Below are positions 1 to 8,376 of a DNA stretch of 32,000 nucleotides, piece by piece. The stretch's first letter is position 1; each line of letters begins with the position of its first letter. The stretch is from Demequinaceae bacterium. GTDB taxonomy: Bacteria; Actinomycetota; Actinomycetes; Actinomycetales; Demequinaceae. The position numbers and the translations under genes were made by a program. Under the pieces are notes generated by a model. It did no database searches and was not told the origin of the DNA. It saw only the letters and a list, made by a program, of their open reading frames with translations. Location of the stretch: positions 1,770,001-1,802,000 of the forward strand of contig OZ252279.1 in the NCBI GenBank assembly GCA_965250005.1. Reading direction: 5' to 3'.

Positions 1-1083
1 GATGTCGTCGCTCCGGTTTGCAGGTATCCGCTTGAGTATTTCGACCACTAGGTCTGATTTCGGGTCAATCACGACGATACCTCGACCCGCCTTGAGGTCG
101 GCATGGATCAAGTTCAATAGTGCGGTCGACTTGCCCGTTCCGGTCGGTCCCGTCAGAACCGTGTGGAATCTCGCGTCGTCAATGTTGATACCAAGCGGTC
201 GCTTCTCGCCAGGTGCGGTCGTGTGCGCGAACACACGGGACGTGTCGGGTTCCCTAGCGTCAAGGGCAAGTGGCTTGGGGTGATTCTCAGGTAGTCCCGG
301 TGCCGTCTCGAGTTCGATCGGCCATCCTGAGATCGCGAGTACTTCTGAGCATGTCAACACCGTGTTGCCGCGCGACGGCAGAATCGCTTCGTTCAGCATG
401 TCGCTTCGGTCGCGGACTAGATCGACCCTCGTTCCTGGAGATTGGATGGTTCGCAGTGCGGCAAGCACACCAGCAACGAGGGTGCGGACCCGCTGCTCAG
501 AGTTGGCTCGTGCGCCCACGCGAGCTCGAGCAACAAACGCCAGTTCGGTCTGCTTTGACTCCAGGGCTTTCTTGATCGCCGTCGACGGCTTGCGTGCGCC
601 GTGCACTAGGAGGGCGAGCGTTGACTGTGTTGGATCGCGATCGGACGCGGCACCCGCTCGGGGAGGGATGCCGCGTCCAAGCACGAGCTGGAGAACAACC
701 TCGTCGGTCGGTCTCGTGGCCGCACCTAGAGCCGTCAGCAGTGCCAGGCTCGTCTGGCGTGGATGGTCGACGAGAAGTCGCAGTGCGGCTCCGTCAACCC
801 GAAGACGCGTTGAGGCAGACACTGGGCGACGCGAGCGGTCGCCCTCTTCGACGACGGTCCCGTGCACCAGGTTGGTCAGAGTGGCCGTCAAGCGAGTGGC
901 AGCAGAGGGTGTGCACCCGAGCAAATAGCGGACGTGGCCGCCGCTCGCATGAACCTCGAACACCACCGCGCCCCGCGTTGCGTCTGACGCAATCTGCTGC
1001 AGCAGGCCAATTGCCTCTACGGTCTCCAGCGGTTGGGGCCAATGGACGCGCCGCCATACGAATTCATGGTTTCGGCGGCGCAT
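1..1083 (-). CDS. Conjugation/HerA-VirD4-type DNA-translocating ATPase, 3' end off window
   Basis: Continuous minus-strand frame from ATG at 1083 to the window edge, not in the ORF track because it is open-ended; contains ...NIDDARFHTVLTGPTGTGKSTALLNLIHADLKAGRGIVVIDPKSDLVVEILKRIP (Walker A and Walker-B-like VVIDPK). Confidence 0.8.
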   Translation of the reverse strand, partial: MRRRNHEFVWRRVHWPQPLETVEAIGLLQQIASDATRGAVVFEVHASGGHVRYLLGCTPSAATRLTATLTNLVHGTVVEEGDRSRRPVSASTRLRVDGAALRLLVDHPRQTSLALLTALGAATRPTDEVVLQLVLGRGIPPRAGAASDRDPTQSTLALLVHGARKPSTAIKKALESKQTELAFVARARVGARANSEQRVRTLVAGVLAALRTIQSPGTRVDLVRDRSDMLNEAILPSRGNTVLTCSEVLAISGWPIELETAPGLPENHPKPLALDAREPDTSRVFAHTTAPGEKRPLGINIDDARFHTVLTGPTGTGKSTALLNLIHADLKAGRGIVVIDPKSDLVVEILKRIPANRSDDI

Positions 1084-1321
1084 CACGCGGCTCCTTGTCC
1101 GATAGAGAGGTGTCGCGGTGCTGTGACGCAGCATCGACCTCGGCCTGGGCGATGTCGAGCAGTGCACGGGAGAGCTTGTGGATGTCGACGGGGTCGCGTC
1201 GGATGCCACTGACGCGAATTCGTCGTGGCTTGCGCTTGTCGTGTCTTCGTGAACTGCTCACCCCCATCCCGGGCCCCCTTCGGCGAACGGCTCCGGCCTC
1301 GCCCCTCGATTGATGTCGCAC
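1064..1321 (-). CDS. Small basic hypothetical protein, translationally overlapping the ATPase start (start uncertain)
   Basis: Minus ORF ...KRKPRRIRVSGIRRDPVDIHKLSRALLDIAQAEVDAA...; 20-nt overlap with the downstream ATPase start. Confidence 0.5.
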   Translation of the reverse strand: MRHQSRGEAGAVRRRGPGMGVSSSRRHDKRKPRRIRVSGIRRDPVDIHKLSRALLDIAQAEVDAASQHRDTSLSDKEPRDAPPKP

Positions 1322-1439
1322 TCACCTATGAAGGGCATGAGGCCTGCTGTCAAGAGTGATCGTGAATTCCACAACACCGGACGGACAGTCTGGACGTCTG
1401 GTGTTCGGGAAACGAGGCGGTTGTGTTCTGGCATGGCTG

Positions 1440-1637
1440 TCACCATCGATCGAGACGAGCACGCCACCGCGCCCAGCCGACTCGTGCTGCGACCATTGCG
1501 GCCGCGATGAGAAGCAGCCACGGCCATACCTGCGCGACCAAGCTCGCGCCGAGCCACAGCAACCAACAAGCAACGGCTACGCGGGCGGCGCCATAAACGA
1601 TCCGGCGCGTGAGCGCTTCGGTTTCGTTCACGATCAC
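1440..1637 (-). CDS. Small membrane protein
   Basis: 65 aa, MIVNETEALTRRIVYGAARVAVACWLLWLGASLVAQVWPWLLLIAAAMVAARVGWARWRARLDRW; two hydrophobic stretches; start overlaps the stop of the upstream MT-A70 gene (4 nt). Confidence 0.55.
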   Translation of the reverse strand: MIVNETEALTRRIVYGAARVAVACWLLWLGASLVAQVWPWLLLIAAAMVAARVGWARWRARLDRW

Positions 1638-2197
1638 TCACCACCGACTCCTCGTGTTGCTGGCGCATCGGGCACGGGGAAGCCAACGAGATCAACGTCG
1701 GAGTGAATCTCGTTGCCCCACACCTGCCAGCCCGCCCGTGGGCGTCTGGCGAACAGCTCCAGATACGGGCCATCGGAGACCCGCTCGATGATGTCGTGTA
1801 CTTCCTCGGGTTTGTGGGAGTGCTCTTGGACCGGTGCAAACAGCCACGTGCCTTGGCCGCGGTAGCGCACGGGTGCCTTTCCGCGAGTGCCGAGCATCAC
1901 GTGCTCGGTCATGTTCCGCAAATACGGCCCGAGACCAAGGCGCGGCTTCACCCACGTCAGCAGCGACCGGTACTCGAACCCCCACGCCTCCAACACTTCT
2001 TTGCCATACGGGACGGTGGCGTTGGTGACCCACAGCCAACAATGCGCATCATCGGCGACGTGCCGGTCGAGGGCGACGCCCAGTTTCTTGATTGATTCGA
2101 GTGACATCGTCCGGTAGTGGTTCTCACCGGACTGTCCCTGCCACGGTGGGTCCGCGAGGATAGTTCTGTACTTGGTTGGTGTCATAGTTGCCTCCAT
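1634..2197 (-). CDS. MT-A70 family adenine methyltransferase
   Basis: MEATMTPTKYRTILADPPWQGQSGENHYRTMSLESIKKLG...; DPPW catalytic motif; start chosen at 2197 inside a longer frame. Confidence 0.9.
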   Translation of the reverse strand: MEATMTPTKYRTILADPPWQGQSGENHYRTMSLESIKKLGVALDRHVADDAHCWLWVTNATVPYGKEVLEAWGFEYRSLLTWVKPRLGLGPYLRNMTEHVMLGTRGKAPVRYRGQGTWLFAPVQEHSHKPEEVHDIIERVSDGPYLELFARRPRAGWQVWGNEIHSDVDLVGFPVPDAPATRGVGGE

Positions 2198-2372
2198 TCG
2201 CCGCCGATCCTTAGTAGCTGGGTGTATGTCCAACTGGCGGTCTCCTGAGTGAAAAGCAGATCTACATATGCGGCAACTGTCCGGTCGCTCAGCACCTCGA
2301 GCGACCGGACAGATGCCACGCCATGTGCGGACTGCGAGACCGGACACGGAAGGGTGCGTTGTGAAATGAACA

Positions 2373-2648
2373 TCACTTGCTCTGTCGCGTCCGGTTCTTG
2401 GCCGCTTCGAACGAGGCTCGCAATAGCGCCCGCCGGGCCTTATGTGCCCCGAGCGAGAGCTCAGATGAGCGCGCCTCGAAGCGCCGCCGAATCTCAACCT
2501 CCTGGGCGGCAATCTCTCGCTCCAGTCGCTCCCGTTCGACGCTCCGGCGCTTCCGGTACCAATCCTCAAACCAGACTGCGCTGATGATCAGGACGAGCCA
2601 GAGAACGAGAACGACGAGCGAAGCAAGATCCGAATCCATCGTCACCAC
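2373..2648 (-). CDS. Small membrane-anchored coiled-coil-like hypothetical protein
   Basis: N-terminal TM segment LASLVVLVLWLVLIISAVWF then charged helical tail; compact spacing with neighbours. Confidence 0.55.
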   Translation of the reverse strand: MVTMDSDLASLVVLVLWLVLIISAVWFEDWYRKRRSVERERLEREIAAQEVEIRRRFEARSSELSLGAHKARRALLRASFEAAKNRTRQSK

Positions 2649-2941
2649 CTCGCCACTGCTTGCGATGCACCGATCGCGTAACTGTCGACGATGTGCTTGT
2701 AACGCGCCTCACCAAGCGGACACGCCTCAATCAGGTGCGCTTCGAACGCGCTCAACGCTGCCACGTTCTCGAGCGCCTGATTCGCCAAGGCCGCGCGACC
2801 GTTATCAATAGCCGACGTCACAATGCCCTCCGCCTCGATCCGGTCAAGTGCTTTGGCCGTCTGGCGGGCAATCTGTCCACCCAGTCGAGCAGGGCGTTCG
2901 AGCGCCTGTCCCGGTCCCTTCCGTACGATTTCGCCTTCCAT
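2642..2941 (-). CDS. Hypothetical protein of accessory element
   Basis: MEGEIVRKGPGQALERPARLGGQIARQTAKALDRIEAEG...; overlaps downstream ORF by 7 nt; start chosen internally. Confidence 0.6.
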   Translation of the reverse strand: MEGEIVRKGPGQALERPARLGGQIARQTAKALDRIEAEGIVTSAIDNGRAALANQALENVAALSAFEAHLIEACPLGEARYKHIVDSYAIGASQAVARW

Positions 2942-3106
2942 ATTCGAACCCCGAATCCATCTCGTGGGCCGGGAATCCCGACCCGCCATCGCGTCTCGAT
3001 GACAGTTCGACGGTATGAATTTAGGCAAGCGGCCAGCAAGCATAAGCGTGATAGCACTGCACGCATAAGCGTCCGGATCGAGAGGTCAGTCTGATAGACC
3101 GGACAC

Positions 3107-3451
3107 ATGAACGCGAAGGACGACGCGGCACCACAGCAGGAGAGCAAGGGCGCCAGGCGATACCCCGAGCACCTCATGTTCTTCGGTGGTAGCCATGTGC
3201 CCGTCGATCCCGAATTCGCTCGACGACGCGAAGAGTTCCTGCTCGACTTCGCGTACAGCACTGCAAGGGCCTATTGGGCTGACCTGCAGAGTTTCTACGA
3301 GTGGTGCGCCGCGGACTCGTTGGACTGGAGTTCGGTCGGCATTCTCGAACTTGATGGCTGGAGCGATTGCCTGAACTCGGATGGATATAGCGCGGGGGCA
3401 GTACGGCGTCGAGTTTCTGTCGCGAGGCGTTTCCTGCGTGTGCTTACATGA
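3107..3451 (+). CDS. Integrase N-terminal SAM-like (core-binding) domain protein without catalytic domain
   Basis: EEFLLDFAYSTARAYWADLQSFYEWCAADSLDWSSVGILELDGWSDCL...GAVRRRVSVARRFLRVLT* resembles the core-binding domain of tyrosine recombinases; no R-H-R-Y catalytic domain follows. Confidence 0.55.
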   Translation: MNAKDDAAPQQESKGARRYPEHLMFFGGSHVPVDPEFARRREEFLLDFAYSTARAYWADLQSFYEWCAADSLDWSSVGILELDGWSDCLNSDGYSAGAVRRRVSVARRFLRVLT

Positions 3452-3557
3452 CGCCCTCGCCCGTCTGGCTGGGGCCTTTAGATTCAGCGCGCGCTGTTGC
3501 CGATTGGCACGTAGCCTCGGACCTGAACCGAGTTTCAGCGATTGTGAGAGGGCTTTC

Positions 3558-4754
3558 ATGCAGGTGCGCGTTTGCGTAATTGGAGCCGGGCCTGCTGGTT
3601 TGGCTTGTGGTGCGGCATTGAGTGAACTTGGGGTCGACCACGTAGTTCTCGAGGCTGGGGCAGCTGATCGCGAAGGCGAATTCTTGACCGGGCTCGGCGG
3701 CGCGGGCCTGTACTCCGATGGCAAGTTCTCATTTCGGCCGGCGGCTTCAAACCTGTGGGAGCTACGCCCGGTCGAACACTTGTCCGATGCCTCGCAGTGG
3801 GTTCGCGGCTTGCTCGACGCCCATGGTGTTTCGACAGCGGATTTACTCCAGCATGCGAGTCCCACAGCCCGCGGTCCGGCAACGTTCAAACACTATCCTT
3901 CATTCTATGTGTCGGAGGGTGCGCGCGCTGCGCTCGTAAGCGAGATGGCGGCTGCGGCAAATGTCGCGCTCGAGTCTCGCGTGACGTCAATAGATCGCCG
4001 GGGGACCGTTCGTGGTTGGGAGTTGGAAATCGCCGACGGGCGAAGACTTGAAGCGGACATACTCGTGCTTGGCGCGGGACGTCTATGGAACTCGCTCCTT
4101 ACGCGAACGAACGGCATTCAAGTCAAGGCAGGGCGCGTTGAACTAGGCGTTCGCATTGAGCAGCCTAGCGAGGAATTTGTGTTCAAATCACGTGATTCAC
4201 TGGACCCCAAATGGATCGTTCGTCCGCGCCCCGGGGTTGAGTATCGAACCTTCTGCTGTTGTCGCGACGGCGCGATCGTCGCAGGGAAGATCGGAGGGTC
4301 AACGCTGCTTTCCGGACGAGCTGATTGTCCGCCAACAGGGCGATCCAACGTTGGCCTTGTGGTGCGATACCTCCAACCGTCGAGCGAGTCTTATCAAGCT
4401 CTAGACCGAGCAATGTCACACAGCGTTGCGTTTGAGATTGGTGCGCGCGACGCAAGCAGGGCCTTTGACGCACTGTCGGCACAGTTTTCTGTCAAGGTCG
4501 CACGAGACCTGCAGCAAGCGCTTACAATGCTCGCTTCGGACACGTCTACGGATTTCCAGAATGCGGTATTGCATGGGCCGTGTGTCGAGGGGATTGGGTG
4601 GTACCCCGAAGTTGATAGTCATAGTCTGGAGTTCGCCGGTGGCCACGGCTTTGCAGTTGGTGACGCGACCGGCTTGTTCCGTGGAATCGTCGCCGGCTTG
4701 ATCAGCGGCAGGGTTGCCGCTCTTGCAATTGCGCAAAGAGTTGGTAAAATCTAG
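3558..4754 (+). CDS. FAD-dependent oxidoreductase, COG2509-like
   Basis: MQVRVCVIGAGPAGLACGAALSELGVDHVVLEAG dinucleotide-binding motif, GLGGAGLYSDGKFSF and GGHGFAVGDATGLFRGIVAGLISGRVAA motifs; internal ATG at 3558 preferred over track start 3381. Confidence 0.8.
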   Translation: MQVRVCVIGAGPAGLACGAALSELGVDHVVLEAGAADREGEFLTGLGGAGLYSDGKFSFRPAASNLWELRPVEHLSDASQWVRGLLDAHGVSTADLLQHASPTARGPATFKHYPSFYVSEGARAALVSEMAAAANVALESRVTSIDRRGTVRGWELEIADGRRLEADILVLGAGRLWNSLLTRTNGIQVKAGRVELGVRIEQPSEEFVFKSRDSLDPKWIVRPRPGVEYRTFCCCRDGAIVAGKIGGSTLLSGRADCPPTGRSNVGLVVRYLQPSSESYQALDRAMSHSVAFEIGARDASRAFDALSAQFSVKVARDLQQALTMLASDTSTDFQNAVLHGPCVEGIGWYPEVDSHSLEFAGGHGFAVGDATGLFRGIVAGLISGRVAALAIAQRVGKI

Positions 4755-4759
4755 GAGAG

Positions 4760-5215
4760 ATGGAGATCGTCACTATGGAGCCTGATTGGCCACTCATATA
4801 TCCGGCGCAGTCAAAGATGCATTTCTTTTGTCGTGACGCTGTTTGCCAGTTCGTATTGGAGCGTCGAGCCGTTCCGTTGCACCCATTCCGAATGTTCGAC
4901 TACTTCCTAGGAGACCGCGTTGACCGAGACATCGTGCGAAATGCGAACAACTCTGTGGTTTCTCGCGTTGATGAGATATGGGTATTTGGACAGGAAATCG
5001 CGGATGGAGTACTCGCGGAGATCGATCTAGCAAACGCCTCGGGCAAGCCGGTAAAGTTTTTCTCGATTGCAACCCGGGCTCGCGAGATACGGGAAATCGA
5101 GAAAGACGAACTCAGATTCGAGGCGGAGCTTCGGGCGAAGGCGGGTGAGGACGTCTCTGGACTCCACGACGTCGTTCGTGGCGCGCGCCGGCTCTCCACA
5201 GTGCTGGCGCCGTAA
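4760..5215 (+). CDS. Nucleoside 2-deoxyribosyltransferase-like domain protein (distant)
   Basis: IYPAQSKMHFFCRDAVCQFVLERRAVPLHPFRMFDYFLGDRVDRDIVRNANNSVVSRVDEIWVFGQEIADGVLAEIDLANASGKPVKFFSI; AGGAGA-like RBS; 5-nt gap to upstream gene. Confidence 0.55.
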   Translation: MEIVTMEPDWPLIYPAQSKMHFFCRDAVCQFVLERRAVPLHPFRMFDYFLGDRVDRDIVRNANNSVVSRVDEIWVFGQEIADGVLAEIDLANASGKPVKFFSIATRAREIREIEKDELRFEAELRAKAGEDVSGLHDVVRGARRLSTVLAP

Positions 5216-5221
5216 GCCCCC

Positions 5222-7063
5222 GTGGAGCACATCGGAGGTCCGATCTACTGTCAGTTCCTCGATCGCGAAATGGCTGAGTCAGTCTCGTTTCCGCAGGCAA
5301 CTGCCACGACACTGCTGTTACTCCGGGACGCAATCATGGCGAGTGAGGGCGGCGCATACTGCAGTCTTTCAGCACTTGGAGAAAACCTGGTGCTCCAGAG
5401 ACTCCCCGGGGAGATCCTCGATGGTGTGCTGAGGTCTGGGCAGTTGGAAACGGTCAGCGACGTGCCAAGCGGCGAAGAGTTCTTGTGGACGAGGAGACAG
5501 CTCTACCGCGACGACAAGGAACGGTATCCGGCCTACTTCGAGCAGGCGCCGCGAGAGCTGGCCGACGAACTGTGGGCACCATCCTTCGTGAAGGCGTCGA
5601 GCTCAACCGAGGCGCTCGACCGCTCGCTGCGCCAGAGCGGCTCGTTCACGTCTCTCGGCGCCGAGGCCGGAGTTTTTGCCCCGCAGGACTACGTCGAACG
5701 TGCGGAAGAAATCCTGGATGACCGCGACGGACGTGCCATCACCTACGCTCTATTTCGAGACATGTTTGGGGCCTCGTCGCTTGATGGCCCCGTCGGCCCG
5801 ATGGTAGTCAGACGTGCGATTTCGGCCGCCTATGGACGTCACCTAGTCGAAGTACGCGCGGGGAACGTTCTCACCGGAATCCCGCGCCTGCAGATCTACG
5901 ATCGTCACCTCGCGTTCGAGTCGAGCGGTATAGGCATTCCGCGCAGGCTCGTTGAGCTTCTGTTGGCACCGCTTGTGCGGTTGAATGCGCGTCTGAAGCA
6001 TGGTGACGTTTCTGCATGGTCAGATTTGGTGTCCTTCAGAGAAGGCCCAAGTGGAGCGGAATTCGCGTATTGCGTGGCATCAGTGGTTCGTCACGTCGTG
6101 TCCGAGCCAGACCGTTGGGGCGAAGCATCGGTCGAGATGCGGGCCCTTCGGCTTGGTCGCGAACTGCTCAAATCCTTCAGAAACGGAGACAACCTCCAAG
6201 ACCACGTACTGCTGTTGGCAGATGCGGTTCGGTCTAGCGATGGCCGGGGTCCAAGGCGAGCTTCAACGTCGCGCAGCAGCAAAGTGTTGATCTGCTACGT
6301 CAACGACAATGAGTATGAGGGCATTCTTGACGGTCTCTCGATCCCTCGCGATGCACTTCCCGAGGTAGATCTCAATGGTCGCGTGTCCATCCAACCGGTC
6401 GGGCGCCATGCAGGTGCCGATCTCTTCATGGTTCAGAGCGAGGCGGGCTCGGTAGGCGCGTCTGCGGCTCAGTTGGTGACGGTAGATGCCATCGATGCCG
6501 TAAAGCCCGACTTCGTCGTGGCGGTCGGAATTGCTTTCGGCCTGAAATACAAGATCGCCCCAGGCACCGTCCTGGTTTCGACCATGGCTCGCTCGTACGA
6601 GCGCGTTAGGATGGGGTCGCGCGCTGACGGCTCGCTCGAGCTTCGAGAGAGAGATCAGCCGCAGCCAGTCGACGCGGTGCTCCTCAATCAAGTGAGGCTC
6701 GTCGCGAAGCGAAACCAGATTCCCGTCGCATTCGGCGAGATGCTCAGCGGCGAGAAGCTGGTCGACCATCCGGAGTTTCGCGCGTCTCTGATCGAGCGCT
6801 TCCCAGATGCGATTGGCGGTGAGATGGAAGCCACCGGGATTGCGGGGGCGGCGGCACGGCGCCGAGTGCCGTGGCTGATGTTCAAGGGCTTGAGCGACTA
6901 TGGAGACGGAAAAAAGAAGTCGAGTGAGCGATCCGGTGTCGTGCCTCTAGTCTCGCAACGTGAGGCCGCCGCAAACGGTGCTCGATTGCTGCTTTCACAC
7001 CTGCAAACTCGGAGTCGATCGGCGCAAGAGCCACAGGCGAGCATAGAGAGGATCTCGGAGTGA
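5222..7063 (+). CDS. Large protein with uncharacterised N-terminal region and C-terminal MTA/SAH nucleosidase-like (PNP_UDP) domain
   Basis: C-terminal ...DFVVAVGIAFGLKYKIAPGTVLVSTMARSYERVRMG...GGEMEATGIAGAAARRRVPWLMFKGLSDYGDGKK matches nucleoside phosphorylase-fold motifs; GTG start. Confidence 0.75.
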   Translation: MEHIGGPIYCQFLDREMAESVSFPQATATTLLLLRDAIMASEGGAYCSLSALGENLVLQRLPGEILDGVLRSGQLETVSDVPSGEEFLWTRRQLYRDDKERYPAYFEQAPRELADELWAPSFVKASSSTEALDRSLRQSGSFTSLGAEAGVFAPQDYVERAEEILDDRDGRAITYALFRDMFGASSLDGPVGPMVVRRAISAAYGRHLVEVRAGNVLTGIPRLQIYDRHLAFESSGIGIPRRLVELLLAPLVRLNARLKHGDVSAWSDLVSFREGPSGAEFAYCVASVVRHVVSEPDRWGEASVEMRALRLGRELLKSFRNGDNLQDHVLLLADAVRSSDGRGPRRASTSRSSKVLICYVNDNEYEGILDGLSIPRDALPEVDLNGRVSIQPVGRHAGADLFMVQSEAGSVGASAAQLVTVDAIDAVKPDFVVAVGIAFGLKYKIAPGTVLVSTMARSYERVRMGSRADGSLELRERDQPQPVDAVLLNQVRLVAKRNQIPVAFGEMLSGEKLVDHPEFRASLIERFPDAIGGEMEATGIAGAAARRRVPWLMFKGLSDYGDGKKKSSERSGVVPLVSQREAAANGARLLLSHLQTRSRSAQEPQASIERISE

Positions 7064-7614
7064 TCGTCGTATTTGCTGGCAACCGGCCGGACGAGTCCGG
7101 TATTGAGGAGCGGCTCATCCGGTTTCCGGCGTCTGCGGAAACTGCTGTCGCGACGACAATCCATAGAGTGCTGCGCAAGATCCGGCCCGCAGAAGTCGTC
7201 GGTGGCGCGTCGAGCGGAGCGGACACACTCTTCCTTGAGGCGGCCACTCGGTTGGGGATCCCTCGAAGGGTTGTGTTGCCCTTCGCAGCCGACGAATACC
7301 TGAAGGCGGCGGTCAAGCCCTCAGGGGCGTTGTGGGTCGAGCGCGCGATGCGGATGCTTGCGTCGCGCGACACGACTGTGACTGTGCACGACGATGGTAC
7401 GCGCGACCGAAGCGCATTCTTAAAGGGGAACTTGGCGCTGATTTCGAAGGCGGTCGAGCGAGCTGAGTCTCAGTCCGTCGAACCGATCGCTGTTGTGGTT
7501 CGGCATCTCAATGGAGCGAAGCGTTCGGTCTCTGATGAGTTCGTCGACGAGGCCGTCGCTCGCGGGCTTCGAGTTATTTGCGTCGATCCGATGGTGTGCC
7601 TGCATACTGGGTAG
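7060..7614 (+). CDS. SLOG/LOG (DprA/lysine-decarboxylase-like) superfamily protein
   Basis: MIVVFAGNRPDESG...AEVVGGASSGADTLFLEAATRLGIPRRVVLPFAADEY; GG-x-SGAD motif near N-terminus; 4-nt overlap with upstream gene. Confidence 0.5.
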   Translation: MIVVFAGNRPDESGIEERLIRFPASAETAVATTIHRVLRKIRPAEVVGGASSGADTLFLEAATRLGIPRRVVLPFAADEYLKAAVKPSGALWVERAMRMLASRDTTVTVHDDGTRDRSAFLKGNLALISKAVERAESQSVEPIAVVVRHLNGAKRSVSDEFVDEAVARGLRVICVDPMVCLHTG

Positions 7615-7738
7615 GCGCTCCTCGCAGGGAAGAAACCGAGCTGCGAAGCAATGTGCCTGGGACCCGAAGGTGAAGTAGGCGGCCGCCTACTACGGCCCGG
7701 AGTCTCCTCCGGCCGCAGCAAGCAACCCGCGTGTAGAC

Positions 7739-8068
7739 CTACTCCTTCCGTGGCTTCCCGATGTTCACCGGGGTGCTCGGTTTTTTCGGCGCTCTAGCGT
7801 CGAAGATGGCCGAGATTGCGTTGCGCTTAGTTGTTGCCTCGCGCTCGATCTGGTCGCGCACGAGTTCCGCGCGCTGCAGGACCGACGGATCGGACTTGCT
7901 CTTCTTGATCCACGCCTCAAGTGCGAATCGGATCTCCTCAGTGACCGAACGGTCATTGAGTTGAGCAATGATGTCCAGCTGTGCCCGCAGATCCTCTCGG
8001 ATCCGCACGGCCAGCGTCTTGATCCCATCGCTTCCGTTGGGGTAGGTCGAAGATGACTTCTCAACCAT
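7739..8068 (-). CDS. Ribbon-helix-helix (Arc/CopG-like) DNA-binding protein
   Basis: IKTLAVRIREDLRAQLDIIAQLNDRSVTEEIRFALEAWIKKSKSDP. Confidence 0.7.
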   Translation of the reverse strand: MVEKSSSTYPNGSDGIKTLAVRIREDLRAQLDIIAQLNDRSVTEEIRFALEAWIKKSKSDPSVLQRAELVRDQIEREATTKRNAISAIFDARAPKKPSTPVNIGKPRKE

Positions 8069-8100
8069 GATGGATACCTCCTTGGTGTAGTGCGGCCGGC

Positions 8101-8117
8101 GAACTGACGATCAGTTC
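8101..8117. promoter_or_regulatory. Candidate operator upstream of the RHH gene
   Basis: GAACTGA-cga-TCAGTTC perfect 7+7 palindrome 32 nt upstream of the minus-strand start. Confidence 0.45.
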
Positions 8118-8376
8118 CCCAAAGAATCAAAACCGCATGCCACCAAGGACCCATTCATAGGAGCCTGTCACCATGCCGAGCGCATCAACGCTAACGAGGG
8201 CAGCGCGCTCAAGGCACATCCTGAGTGAAGCGCAACCAACACAACGCGTCAACCGTCCGGTCGCTACCTCGTGGAGCGATCGGACGGCGCAGATAAGGGG
8301 CTATAGGGAGTCGTCGTCAGGTACAGCGACTCGGTGCTTGCGTTTTGAGTCGCGATGGTTCATAACTAGATGCATC

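Noticed and set aside
2-928. Plus-strand ORFs at the left edge
   Set aside because: Opposite strand encodes the Walker A ATPase; plus-strand translations are Arg/Ser-rich with no motif.
3381-3557. N-terminal extension of the FAD oxidoreductase ORF
   Set aside because: Sequence before the MQVRVCVIGAGPAG start is an out-of-frame read of the preceding ORF; nucleotide-binding motifs begin at the start as expected.
3086-3889. 267-aa minus-strand ORF
   Set aside because: Antisense to the integrase-like ORF and FAD gene, which has clear motifs.
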